This document shows, one piece after another, positions 12,516 through 25,140 of a stretch of DNA of 64,000 nucleotides. Below the pieces are notes generated by a model. That model was not told the origin of the DNA, made no database searches, and saw only the letters and a list, made by a program, of their open reading frames with translations. A program made the translations under genes and the position numbers. The first letter of the stretch is position 1. Every line of letters starts with the position of its first letter. The stretch comes from Podarcis filfolensis (lineage: Eukaryota): assembly GCA_964270895.1 (NCBI GenBank), contig OZ185435.1, one strand, 5' to 3'.

Positions 12516-12700
12516 CAGAGCTTTCCAAACTGTGTGTCATGACACATTGGTGTGTTGGCTGCAGTGGGGTTGGAAAGGGTTAGTTTAACCTCTGGTTTTC
12601 TAGTAAAACTGAATTACTGTGTCACAAAATTATGCAAAACTGAATTACTGTGTTGCAAAATGATGCTTGTCCAAAAACTTGAAAAGTTTGGAAAGCTCTG
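12516..12700. mobile_element. hAT MITE, TSD CTATACAC
   Basis: Perfect 16-bp TIR cagagctttccaaact / agtttggaaagctctg; TSD at 12508-12515 and 12701-12708; internal direct repeat aaaactgaattactgtgt. Confidence 0.93.
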
Positions 12701-13604
12701 CTATACACATTGCAGCCATAGCTCTGAAGCAAAGTCTTATTGAACTCAGTGGACCTTATATCTGAGTTACAGAACTTACAGAATTGCAATGTAACAATTC
12801 AGAATTATTCAGCAGCAGCCAGAGCACTGTTCTGGGCCACCACCATCACCCTCCACCAACGGGGAAATTACATATATAAAGCCCTATCCCCACACTTTTC
12901 TGTTGACACTTCCATAAATAACAGGGGCCTTGAGAGATATGTATACTGTAACTGATAGGGAGCAGCACGATTGAAGTGTGACAGGAACACAGCTTGGATG
13001 GAAGGATTTTCTCTAAAGTCATTATACTTACAGAGTAATGTACGGTATCTAAAATTTTCCATCCTATGAGAATGCAGGATGGTCACTGTTTATAGAAGCT
13101 GGGCTCTCTTCTCTGGGCACTGCAGATAGTTTTTCCTCATGCAGCAAGTTCTGTAATGCTGTGTGTCAAATACGCTTAGCAAAGTGCAGCCCATCTGCTG
13201 AGCACATGGCTAGAAATGAGCCAGCTTGCTCTGAATGGAACCGCCAGCATATAGACACGTCTGTAAAAACTCTGACCTCCAAGACACAGACTATATGCCA
13301 ATATTGGCATGAGAAATAGCCATTTTATAATTGATTGATTAATGTGAAAAACATTTAGCTTGCTTTTGAGTTAAAAAGCTCCCAGACACAGCTACAGTCT
13401 AGTCAGGGAGATTTCTCAACTTCTAAGGTTGTTTGAGGGGAATTTGTTTGATTTAGGTATTTTCTTTAATGTGCATTTCCTTTCTGTAATTAATAGAAGG
13501 GTAGGAGCCAAGAAAGCTGGGCTTGACATCCACTTATTTTGACCAATTTTGATGAAATTTTGGGAAACAGAAAATTATTAACATTTTTTTAAAATGCTAC
13601 TTTT

Positions 13605-13730
13605 AGGAGCAGAAGAAGTGGTCTTGTATCAAGTCAGATCATTGGTCCACCAAGTTCAGTATTGTCTATATCAACTGGCAGTGACTTTCCCCAGTTTCAG
13701 GCAGGGAATATTCCCAGCAGTAACTGGAAA
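13605..13730 (-). mobile_element. Decayed Squam2-like SINE
   Basis: Reverse complement resembles the 3' half of the copy at 23547-23705. Confidence 0.65.
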
Positions 13731-13734
13731 AAGC

Positions 13735-13960
13735 GACAAGTGAGGTGCTGCTGAGTTCTGTCCAGGACCCATTGTTGTTCAATGACTTTATAAATGATGC
13801 GGATGAAGGAATTGAGGGGATGTTCATAAAAATTGCAGATGACACTAAACTGGAAAGAGTAGCTATTGCAGAACTGGAATTCAAGATGGCCTTAACTGAA
13901 CGGAGAACTGGGCCAGAACAAAATGAATTTCAGCAGGGACAAATGTAAGGTTCTACACTT
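13735..13960 (+). mobile_element. CR1 RT fragment
   Basis: SVQDPLLFNDFINDADEGIEGMFIKIADDTKL corresponds to CR1 [33 protein letters not shown]. Confidence 0.9.
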
Positions 13961-16436
13961 AGCTGCTCGAATATATGATGGGGGACACTGTTTGATGTGC
14001 GATGGCTCTATTTGATGATGAAGCCATCAAGCAATAGAACATGCACCTGTGAACCAACCCTGTGTGCCACCTGATCATTATCACACTATTCAATAAAATA
14101 AAAAGGAAGTTGCCAAATGAACTGAATGCATTTTTCAGTTTTAGTTAGACATTTCCTATGCATTATTTTTTTCTGTGGGTAAGCCTAATTTAACTCAAAA
14201 GGACTCGCATGTAAGCACACTGTCAAAGTAGTATTCACAACCTCAAGGCAAACTTGTATGCATTTCAACTCTAATTTGGAAAAATGACGTTGGGCCAAGG
14301 TGGGGTTAGGTAGGGATGAAGTCCACAGGATATGGATTTGGAAGACACATATATTCAGCGTTAATAATGTTCAAAGGAAATACATGCAAAGTAGATTTCA
14401 TGCCTCTTTCAGCTTGGCGCTTTTAGGCTCAGAGCATAAATTGACTGCTGGTGGTGAAAGCATGTCGTTCTGGATTTTTCTTCTGTGGTTAAGTACTTAT
14501 TTATTGACATTAGCCGCTCTTCAGCTGATTCTGCAAACTGGGTATATAGTTCTGCAAAAGTCTCAAATTGCATACATATATGTAGTTCTGGAAGCTGTTA
14601 CTGATAGTGGCAGGATGCTGCTGAGGAGTCCAAATACTGGTTGAAAATGGCCAGAACTTTACTGAGAAATTTACCATGGTATTGTACCTGTTTGCTGTTC
14701 CAGGGTCAGGAGAGAAAGGGGAAGTCATGTTCTGCTCATGGAAGTCCTTTATACACAATTGGTTATCATTCTTTACGTAGCCAGCAGAATGCTCTGAATT
14801 AAAAGTAATACTTGATCAATTTGCTTTTTGATTGTGAAGTGGCACAAACTGCAGGTGCTTTTCAGGTTCACTGTGGAACCAAGATATGCTAGGAGTAAAA
14901 AAAAAGTCTGTTGAATTCCGTAATGCCTCATTACAGCCAGGTTAGGATGACCAGCCTGACTGTATGAAATGAAACTTTGTTTTTCATTGAAAGTTAAGTT
15001 GACAACACTCGTATGGCTATCTGAACAGTTAAACAGCCCCAACTATCTTGTGTTAAAATGCCAAAGAACTGTGTTGGAAATTGCTATTCACATGTATTGT
15101 GGTTTAGCTGACATTTATTGTTTCATATTTTGACAGACAATGGATTTTTTCTTCCCACGAACTTCCATAGAGATTCTTCGTTAAGGTTGCTGAATTAACA
15201 TATTCTTGTTGTTTTGGTTTTATTTTGCTTTAGGAATGCTAATAATTACATTCCACTTGCATTTAATTGGGCATTTGGGTTTTAAAGCTAGAGATGGTTT
15301 CAATTTGGGGTGGGGAAGTGTTTGCTGTGGCTTTGATTTAAGGTTTTTCATTCTGCTTTTTGAATACTAGTAGGAGGGCAAGGAAGACAGCTTGAACACT
15401 TAGAAAATGAGCTTCTGTGGTGTAATTTATCTTGGTCACTGAAACAGAGAGCTTTTGCAAACCTACCTAAGCAGTCTTCAGTTGTTTTGAGTGGTATTTT
15501 AGCCACCTAGTTTGCTGAATCATGTTTGTTGAAATGCACACGTTAGTAAGTCTGGTTTGTAGCCAGGATGCAGAAGAGCTATAACAATATGGCACTGGTA
15601 AGCCAGCCTTGATGTTGACTGACAACTTTGTACCATCTAACACCAATATGTTAAGGGGGCTGGTGTACATTTGTGTGTGGCTGGCAAAACCTACAAATCT
15701 GAAGCAACAACCAGTGTTAATGTAAGTGAAAACTCTGCAGCCATTGGGGTAAATAAACCCACAAGTTTGGTTGAATCACACTTTCCTTGGGTGTCAAGTG
15801 TTTGCATAGGTTTATATTGCTAGAGTACTAGCAAGATGAGACGCTTGCAGGAGGTACATGATTACAAATCCACCCATGTTAGCAAATAAAATAGCAATAC
15901 AGTAATGCTTACATTTGTGTGGTGCTTTTGTAGTGTTCTTTGCACTTATAAGGGAGTAACTGGAAAAAAATATGTCCTTGGAGGACTTTTAGTTTAGAAA
16001 AAGCTGCATGGTGGGGTGGTGGTGGTAGATGTGCATAAATTTATGCATGCTGGGAACTTGGTATAATCTATTAAATATGAATTATGTAAAGATTCAGAAC
16101 AGAAGAAAGGAAGTACTTTTCCACAGAGATAATGCCCAGGAGCAGCGAATATGGTAGGGCAGTACCACGGCACCACCTTCCCAGCAGCGGCATTGCTCCA
16201 CTTATCAACACTGTGCAGGGACAGGGAAGAATGGTGGTGTGGTCAGGAATGGGTGGGGGACACTGGTAGAGGCAATCCAGTGCTCTTGCCTGTGTGTCCA
16301 CATTACTATCACAACCTCAGCATCACATAGCCCTTATTCTGCACCATCACAATAAGCAGTGATGGCACTGCTGTTATGACACCCTTGGTGTGTGTCACTG
16401 TTCTACTACATTGTCTATTCCTGGTGATGCCACGTT

Positions 16437-16510
16437 TAGGCTGCATTCCTAACTCAATTTACCTGGGAGCAAGCCCCATTGAATTCAGTAGGACTTATGG
16501 TTAGGCTTGC
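16437..16510. mobile_element. Short palindromic MITE family (ggctgcaatccta...taggattgcagcc type)
   Basis: Related decayed copies at ~28655-28730, 29593-29682, 34078-34165 and 40673-40700. Confidence 0.6.
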
Positions 16511-16701
16511 ACAAATTCATGGAGGATAAGAGCACAAGTGGCAATGAATTATGATTACAATAAGTTACATCCAGACTCAGAGACAGCATTTTGTAGGGGG
16601 GAGGGGCAGGGGGGGCAGAAAACAGGAAAAACTGATTTCACTCTTCCTTTTCTTGTGGGGCACCTGAAGGCATCTGGCTGATCACTGTAGGAAACATGGT
16701 A

Positions 16702-16943
16702 CAGTAGTACCTCAGGTTACATATGCTTCAGGTTACATACGCTTCAGGTTACAGACTCAGCTAACCCAGAAATAGTAGCTTGGGTTAAGAAATTTGCTTC
16801 AGGATGAGAACAGAAATCGTGCTCTGGCGGTGCGGCGGCAGCGGGAGGCCCCATTAGCTAAAGTGGTGCTTCAGGTTAAGAACAGTTTCAGGTTAAGAAT
16901 GGACCTCCGGAACGAATTAAGTACTTTACCCGATGTACCACTG
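16702..16943. mobile_element. Tc1/mariner (Tigger-like) MITE with TA TSD
   Basis: TA|cagtagtacctcaggtt...acccgatgtaccactg|TA; subterminal cttcaggtta repeats; inserted in a CR1 3' tail. Confidence 0.92.
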
Positions 16944-17704
16944 TACTAGATCCAGGAGGGCTCTTCTAATTCATACATTGGTGTGATAAACCTTATTGAC
17001 TTGCAAGGTAGTAATACCATATTTCATCCATTTTACAGATGAAGAGTTAATTATGTCAGTGTTATTTCCTGTGTCATGTGAGGTTCCTCCTAGTTCCTAC
17101 TTAGATCTTTTAAAACTGATATCCAATTCTATTGCAATGCTTTTGACAGTCCAAGTTAAAGATGAAATATTAATATTCTCATACTCAAGTGTGGTGCAGT
17201 TCAGCTTTCTATTTTTGCAACATTTTAGACCCTGTTGACCATTATTACTATCTTTTCTTTTGCTAGTTTTCCAAGCACATTTCTCTTTTTCATATCTTCT
17301 CATTTATCTCTTTCCTACTGAACTGACAATGAGCTCAGCTGATTGTCTACAGTCTCTGGCTGCCAATTCATAGCACCTTAACTTGAATGTCCTGAAATGT
17401 AAATCCACTTTCTTCCAACAGACCCAAGGGAATTACAAGCCACTTCCTGAATTGTACCTTTCTGTTGTGTCTCAGTGCTCTTCAGCTTGCCTTGTTATAT
17501 ATGTCTATAATGTCTAATCCAATTAAAATTATATTTCTGCCAAAAGAAAACTTCAGTTAGAACTGAGGGTTGCTGCAGGTGACAAATCCTGCAGGTTTCT
17601 TTTTCACATTCTGTCTACTGTTTTGTCTGTCAACAAGCTGCAGTCTTTTTTTCTGGAGTCACTGAGATACACGTCCAGTACATTGTATATTGCATTCAGA
17701 AGTT

Positions 17705-18125
17705 AGTGACACTGAGTTTTCTGGGACTGTAGATTTGGCTTTCCCTATTTTCCAATCTTAAATTCAGATCTCTATATTTCCTCAGCATTTTTTTTAAAGC
17801 TCCTCATGAAAATTCATTAGCATCTTAGTGCAAATTTCTCCCAGTAAACACAATTTTTAATGCAGTTTTAACTAATATAAGCATTTTTGCAGTTTTCCCC
17901 TAATATTTTGCACTTTTGTATTCCCCTCCCACATTAATATATTCGTTTTAATACATATTTCCCCCTAACATGTGAATTTTTGCACGCTTTGGTTGTAGCA
18001 CAAAGTGTGAAGATGTGTGAATTTCAAAGGATAGCTATGTTTTGGTTTGTGTATTGGTGTGGAAAATGTGAATTAGGTAAATTTCCATTAAAATGCAAAC
18101 AAAATCAAATTTATGCCCCTTCCTT
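17705..18125. mobile_element. Old non-autonomous DNA element related to 2031-2346
   Basis: gtgtgaatttcaaaggatagctatgttttggtttgtgtattg is the near reverse complement of caatacacaaaccgaaacatagccaccttttgaaattcacat at ~2096-2138. Confidence 0.6.
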
Positions 18126-19287
18126 AACTGGAACTCACTCCCAAATCAGTTGTTTATTGATTGATGACATCAACAGCAATCCAAGGGCATGTTTGTAATG
18201 TTTTGCCATATGGTCATCTTTCTGTTTTTCTCTGAGGATGCATTTGTGTAGAAGGCTGCATCTTTCCAATCCTAAATGACAAGATGGACCAGGCAAAATT
18301 CCCCTTTCTATACAAGTATGAAAAGTAAACTAGTTCTGTCTTCCGTTGTTTTGGGTCTGTGTGCCTACCCCACTCCATCAAACAAAATCGAAAGAAATGA
18401 AATTGCCATTGAATCTACTGCTTTGACTTACCTAAATTTGGGACACTGCCTATTTATGAGTCCCCAATCCACCAATTGAAAACCAGTGAAGAAAACAGGC
18501 CTGTGGAAGGACAAACAATTATATTTACTTGTCAAGTAGTGAGATTTTATAATCCTTCCCCCACCTGCCACCCAGACTTTTCCCATCAGATTGACTTTCA
18601 TTTCCCAGCAACATAAACGGTAAATTTGGAATATAAGGCTGAGGTGGTGTGTTTGTGTCTGGATCCCAAATATACCGCTTATGTTTTGTATATATATTGC
18701 AAGGGAATACCCTCTTCCCATGCTAACTATAAATATCTGTCATTTCCCCCCTCCTTGTTTGTACAACACCGAACATATATCAGAAGGTGTTGACCTGAAA
18801 TAAGAAATACAACCCACCAGTAAATATTGAAAAAATTGTATTGTAAAGTCAAAGTGGTTGTGGAAAACTCCCAGATAAACTGTTTTATTACATTGGCAGA
18901 CCAAGGGAACATTTCTCCAGAAATGACTGTAAATATCTGTTTCACTAAAAGCAGAAGAGAAAGAAAGAAACCTGGTTGTATGACCAGCATCCATTAGCAG
19001 GTTTCACATTTTTTTTAGGACCACTGGTGAAGACTATTTGAATTAGAATTAGCTAGAGTTGAGCAATATTTCCAGCTTCAGGACATTTACTCCTGTTCCA
19101 TCTAGCTTGTGGGCTTCCTAATAGCTCTGCAGCTCTTCAAAAGGTTTTCTGGATTTTGTTTGTATGCGTTTCTTAGGAAGAAAAGGGGTCCCCCCCCTCC
19201 ATTAGTTAAATTGGATAATTCAACTAACAAGTTATACTCCCTTAACAAAACATTGTAGCGTATCCTGGATGTGACTGTGTCACATAA

Positions 19288-19440
19288 CAACATAAGAAGA
19301 AGTCTGTTGCATCAGGCCATGCATAGGCCCATCTGGCTTGACATTCTGTTCACACAGTGACCAGCCAGGTGCCTTTAGGAAATCCACAAGCAGGACCTGA
19401 ACGCAATATCACTCTTCACATTTGGGATTTCTAGCTGTTG
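19288..19440 (-). mobile_element. CR1 3' UTR/tail
   Basis: aacataagaagaagtctgttgcatcaggcc...ggcccatctggc...acagtgaccagccag is the reverse of the squamate CR1 3' end. Confidence 0.75.
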
Positions 19441-20289
19441 GAAATCCCATCAATCAGTCAGTCATGTTATTTGTATGCTGCCTTTCCAAATTTAAAACCA
19501 TTTGCTGGAATAGTTACTGGAAAATTGGGGCAGCATAATGAGTTGGGTTGGTACTATGATGGGCCTCTACATGCAGCCCTCAACGAAAGATCTAAAATAA
19601 ATTAACCCTAGTTTTAGTTAATATGTTTGATCCCAAGTTATCTAACACACTTCCCACTTCTGTTGATTCTCTTCTCCTGTTGCAGCCTCCCGTGTCCCAT
19701 TCCATGACATTCTGGAGAGCACCTTCAAGAGTTAGTTTTATTCAGGCTTTGAGGTTGATGGGGGCTGAAGCGTGAAGGTGGCAATGGGAAAGTACTCTTG
19801 CGTAAGGCTAACTCCCCTGGAGCTTCTCTGGACATAACCCAGTGTTTGTTTTTAATTACCGGTAGGCAGCATTTGTATGTTCATATGAACTTGGATATAG
19901 GAGGTCTGTTGTGCTGCACCCTCTGCCATTGTGGTTGCTGATAATGTTTAAAGGAGGGATGGGAGACCTGTGGTCCTCCAGATGTTGCTCAATGACAACT
20001 TCTATCATTCCTGAGCATTGTCCACATTGATGGGGCTGATGGAAACTGGAGTCTAACTACAGCTAGAGCACCACAAGTTCTCCATGCCTGATCACTCCCC
20101 CCCCCCAATTATCTACCCCACTCTTTATACAAAATCTTCCTTTTTTGGGTCCTGTTGCTCTCGTAACAGTCCTTAATGCTGTCTTGAGCAATTTTGTTCA
20201 GAAAGGTTGGAGAGATGTCTTCTGTGTTAGTTGAGCCCTTCTCTAACTGGCAGTGGAATGGTGCATATCTTAAAGGTCCAGAGGTATTG

Positions 20290-20700
20290 CCTTTCTCAAG
20301 GGCCCAATGTTTCTGTCAAAAAGGCAAACTTCATCTTATAATTTTGTAGTTCATCAAAGTTCCTCTGCTGCCTCAGTAGACACTTGAAACTGTCATGGGC
20401 TGAGGGTTATACAAACACACTGCCAGAGAAAATCTCTGCCATATAGAACAATGCACACAGGGCTGTAGTCCTCGGTCAGCAAACACTCGCAGCTGAGGTT
20501 GGCAAATGGGAGCAAGTGACCTGCCTTGAATCTATCGCCAGGGTCCCTTATGTGTAGGGAATGGATGCGACATTCTATGATCATCTCCAAGACAAGCTTG
20601 TGCAGTTCTCTGAGGGCTGAAGGGGAAGGGGAGCGAACAACCTGAGGCCCAAGGAAAGGGTTATGGAAAAGGTCAGCATCACACATTGAGAGCTTTTGGA
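20290..20700 (+). mobile_element. Ancient RTE-clade LINE ORF2 C-terminal remnant
   Basis: With frameshifts: YNFVV...DT*...LRVIQTHCQRKSL ... PYV*GMD...EG*RGRG, resembling RTE LYNAVV.S.LLYGSETW...LEVFQ.RCLRKIL...GHV.RMD...GKR.RGRP. Confidence 0.5.
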
Positions 20701-23546
20701 AAGTTGCATTGTTTTGCTCAGCATCCCCCCACTTACCATGTAAGGAACACTTGGAGATCCGGAAGGAGAGGAGAAATGACCAAAAATTTCTACACATTAT
20801 TTCTCTCTTTCTGCCCCACCTGTTTTTTCCATTCATTTTATGGTAGATAAGGAATGCTGCCATGCTACTTAATAATGTGTTGGTCCCATTGTCACCCATA
20901 TTAGTTAAATTTAGCTGTTGGAAGAAGTATAGAAAGCTATAAACAGAATGACCTCTTTTGTCATTTTTATATTTTGGCCATTCACGATAGCCTGGAAATG
21001 TAGGAGTGCCTGAAATATTGGTAGCAGCTCATCTCTTACATGAAATTTGGTTCATTGTTTTGGATTCTTTTCCACTATGAACGTTCTGTTGCAATGGGTT
21101 GAAGAGGCCAGCAATGTGCTGTATGACACAAAACATGCAGAAGTTAAATTTGTTCAGGTGCTGCAATCCCCCACATGAGTACCACCATATGAGTAGGAGC
21201 ACAGATGTGTGTGCTAAGCTGTATCCCATCTCCATCCCCCTCTATGAGTTGGAGAATGAACCTCTGAAGCAGAGTGTCTCCTGTGCTGTCAGAAGGGCAT
21301 TCAGAACCATGCTGATAATCTCCATAAATACCAGCGGCTCCTCCCACTTCAGACAATCAACTTGTGGAGGACAATGGGGACCAGGGTGAAGTTTCAGGCA
21401 TTCACCCCTGCTCTCCCCCCTCAATGCTACTCACCTGGGGAATTATAACACCTGAATAGAGCTATAAAGAAGAATCTAAGTATAGGTGATTGGTGTAAAT
21501 AAGGGTTTGCTGAAATTAAAATAACCTCAAGTGCTTAGATAATGGTGTAGCTTCATGATGCCCTAGTGTTTATGAAACACAATTACTAAAAAGCTTAATG
21601 TGGAAATGCATAATGTGAGAAAACCTTAGAATTGTACTGAGTGCCATGAATATTTTCTGATCAAAGTATCAAACACTTAGTGAGATGTGTGGATGGCAGT
21701 ATATCTTTTAGTGAGGAAGGATCTAAACCATTTCTATTTCTCCCCCACCCCATTTAATTCTTCTAGTGGGTCAGAGTGCTACATTATTTCCCTCCGCTCA
21801 GTATTGGTTGAAGTTAAACATCATGAAGCCAATTCTAAGCAACTGGCTCAAATTTATTTTGCTTTTCTTGCAAACATAATCTAGTGTATGATCACATTTA
21901 TCTATGTGTTTGTTTTTAAAAAAAATAGTAGTCAACTATTTGGGAGCCACAAGGAAAAGACAAATTAAGAAATTTTACTGAGCTGACACTTTTAAAAAGT
22001 ACTGTGTTTCCCTGTGGTCACATGTACAAGCAGTCCATCAAATCACAAGGTCATTTGTTTGATAGATAAAAGGCAGGATAACTTAACAGACAGACAAAAT
22101 AAATGGTCTCTGCATGCACTTTGTTGTGTTATGGAGAGCTCGGATAAGTGTCATTTTTATAAATCTCTCTTACACCCACTCACACCACTTACCACTGAGA
22201 CATTCGCCAAGCAGTTTACAAAATAACATATAAAATATTATATTTTAATTTATTTATTCAATTTCTATCCTGCCTTCTGTATAACATTGGCTGGTGATCT
22301 GCCAAGTGTGTGTGTATGTGTGGTAGCCTGTCTTCAACATATCCATTGGGAATAATCTTATTTGTTGTCTTACATATATCCATGGCATGTAAAACTTCAT
22401 TCCTTTTGCCCTTCTCTTGTGGCATGCTGTCATCTTAGTACTTGTATACTATGGTCTTCTGTTTTTTGCATGTCAGTGTATTTTGGTTATGGAGTATACT
22501 GCCCCACTGGTAAAAGGGTAGGCTAGATGATGGTCACTTCCATTGCCACTTCTTGTGAGGTACTCCATGATGTGATATGAGCAGAACCAACCTTAAGAAC
22601 TTTGTGAGTGTTTTAATTTTTTCTTAATTAACACACTTAAACTTTTTTTAAAAAATGATAATTTGGCCTTCCTATTTCCTACTTTACCCTCACATGAATA
22701 GAACTGTGAGTCTAGATCTGAAGGAATGTAAAGTGGAAACAATGCCATTTTCTTTTGCCCCCCCCCCATGTAGGATCAAAACTTGGCCACTCCCCCCCCC
22801 CATTTCTAACACTAATCAAGATTCTGAGGTTTTGCTCTTTGCCATTGGATGGAGTTACCAATCACTCAGAAATCTGCCTCGCATTTGTTCATAAAAGCTT
22901 ATTGCTACCCCTTCTAATTAGAATATGCTCAGTTGATATCAGTAGTTTCTAGTGTTTAGTAAGACCATGGTCCAGCTCACAGAGCGTATAAGATGCAATA
23001 AAAGGAAAAAATACTGCCCGAGAGCATTTTGTCGAAGGAAAGCAAAATAGCAATTGGGATCGTCCCTTGAGTGCTCCTTGCCTATCAAAACTTTAGTATA
23101 TTGGTTTGCTCATCTCTTTTGCTATCACATACATTAGATGCATCATAATTTGAAAAATTTGACTTTGGCAGCGCTGGTAAGGAAGAACATAAGGCTTTGG
23201 AAGTAAGGCTGAGGCAAATATGTGTGGCAAGGGAACAATACTGGGAATTAGAGTATTAACAGCAGGGTACTGAGAGATCTGAATAACGATCAAGTGCTGC
23301 AGGGAATAGTCTCTCTAATTAGATGGCTGCAATGATGGTATTAGTGTCCTGCAGTTGCTGTTGATGTGTTTTAACTGCAGGGCTTTGAACAACGTAAGTT
23401 TTGGTGATGCTGTCCTCTGGACTTATGGGAGTTCTTTAAAGATTTTTCTGTCTTCAAAGGAAGCAGCTTGTTTGATGATTTATTGATTGATTAATTAATT
23501 GTATTTCAATTCTGCCCTTCTTCCAGGATGATCGAGCTTCTGTTTC

Positions 23547-23705
23547 GGAGGGGCCATAGCTCAGTGGTGGAGCAGCTGCCTTGCATGCAGAAGGAACCCA
23601 GTTCAATCCCTTGCATCTCCAGGTAGGGCTGGGAGAGAACCCTGCCTGCAGAGCCACTGCTAAATGGACCCAATGGTCTGAGGATATGCAGCTTCCTATG
23701 TTCCT
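23547..23705 (+). mobile_element. tRNA(Ala)-derived SINE (Squam2-like)
   Basis: ggggccatagctcagtggtggagc...tgcatgcagaagg...gttcaatccc head, then ccaggtagggctggg body and cttcctatgttcct tail; not a tRNA gene. Confidence 0.88.
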
Positions 23706-24993
23706 GTTAGGGCTGTTGGGAGGAGGAGAGTCATCATTATGATTTCCTCCTCTGTACTGTAATGTGAAATCTAGGCAGCTGTCCATGGCTTTTGTATGCT
23801 CTCCAGTACATTTTTGGAATCCACTTTGTTATTTAGTCGCACCCTGAAGGCTATGATACGTTTTTTTCAATCTGTCCTCTTCCTCCTTCTGGAACAAGCC
23901 AACGGCAAATATGCACATTAGCAGGCAGCAAGCGATGTGCAATGCTAAGAAGAACTGAATTTAGTTAAGCAGCCAGTTACCAAAGAGGATTACAAGCACT
24001 ATGAAGGATTAAAAGTTGCATTAAGGAAAGAAAGGACTAGAAGTGGATGGCATTTATCCAAAGAGTAAGCGCCACAACAGCCCTGCAGAGAATTTTAGGC
24101 AGCGTTTTATGGAATCCCATCCTATTGATTGGAGTTGTCCCTATGATGTTTTATCTTGATAAATGATCCGCTTAAAGAGTCATTATCATTCTTGAGACCC
24201 CTTGTTAGGCTTATATTATAATTAGGTCAGATAAAATAAGACTGAGAGGTTAATCAGTGAAATTTATGCCTCCTAGGGACAGATAAATTAACATTTTGTA
24301 GAAGTCCATCCAAACACAACGCCAGCAAGTTATTGATCACGCTGTATGTCTTTGTCTGCTCCCCCTCCCACTCATCTCTTGTTGTCTAAAGAAGGATTTT
24401 ATTTGACAGCTTCAAGGTGTCTAATTTAGGTGCCTTTTTGGGGAAATTTGCACAGAAAATTGGTTTTTGCCAAAGCATGAAACAAGACATAAAGACTCCA
24501 ATAAAGTTCTTATTGGGTCTCATAAAATTCAGTGCATATTTAGTCCTCCTCAAACTCTTAGCAATGAATTTCATTAGCTTCAAATACTGTGTGCCACAGT
24601 TTGTTAAATATGAAATGATGTTTTTTCTAGTTCAGGGGGAAAGCATTTAGCCATTATCTCTTCTTGGGGGCAAAGGCAAGGACACGTATGAGTAACTTCC
24701 TGCAGTTTACTCTAACCATGTCTGCTCACCCTTGGATCTCTCTGTTTGCTCATCCACCCGCCTGGAATTTTCCTCATTGATCCTCACGACTGGTCAAACC
24801 TCTTCCAAATGGACTCATTGGAACTGGGCAGAGTTTTGCTCTAGACTGCTCTTCCTGTTAGTACACGTGAAAGTGCCTTTAGGCAGATCTTCATTCTAGA
24901 CCTAGGTTTTCCTGTGGGAACTCTTTCATCAATTCCTCTTGAATCCAGACACAGCCCTGTTTGGACTCATGTTTTCAGGAAATCAGCATGCTT

Positions 24994-24994
<1 letters not shown>

Positions 24995-25044
<50 letters not shown>

Positions 25045-25140
25045 TATACTGCCCTTTACCCGAAGATCGCAGGGTGGCTTACAATACAAAAACACAAAAA
25101 ATACATACCATAATAACAAACAAACACTATATAGTATTAT
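24995..25140 (-). mobile_element. L2 3' end with (TAT)16 tail
   Basis: (TAT)16 at 24995-25042, then ctatactgccctttacccgaagatcgcagggtggcttaca. Confidence 0.8.

Noticed and set aside
14300-14644. 114-aa ORF
   Set aside because: No recognisable protein; more likely unique non-coding DNA.
23547-23625. tRNA-Ala-like sequence (also 40707 and 10081)
   Set aside because: Continues into SINE body and tail and the cloverleaf is degenerate; these are SINE heads, not tRNA genes.
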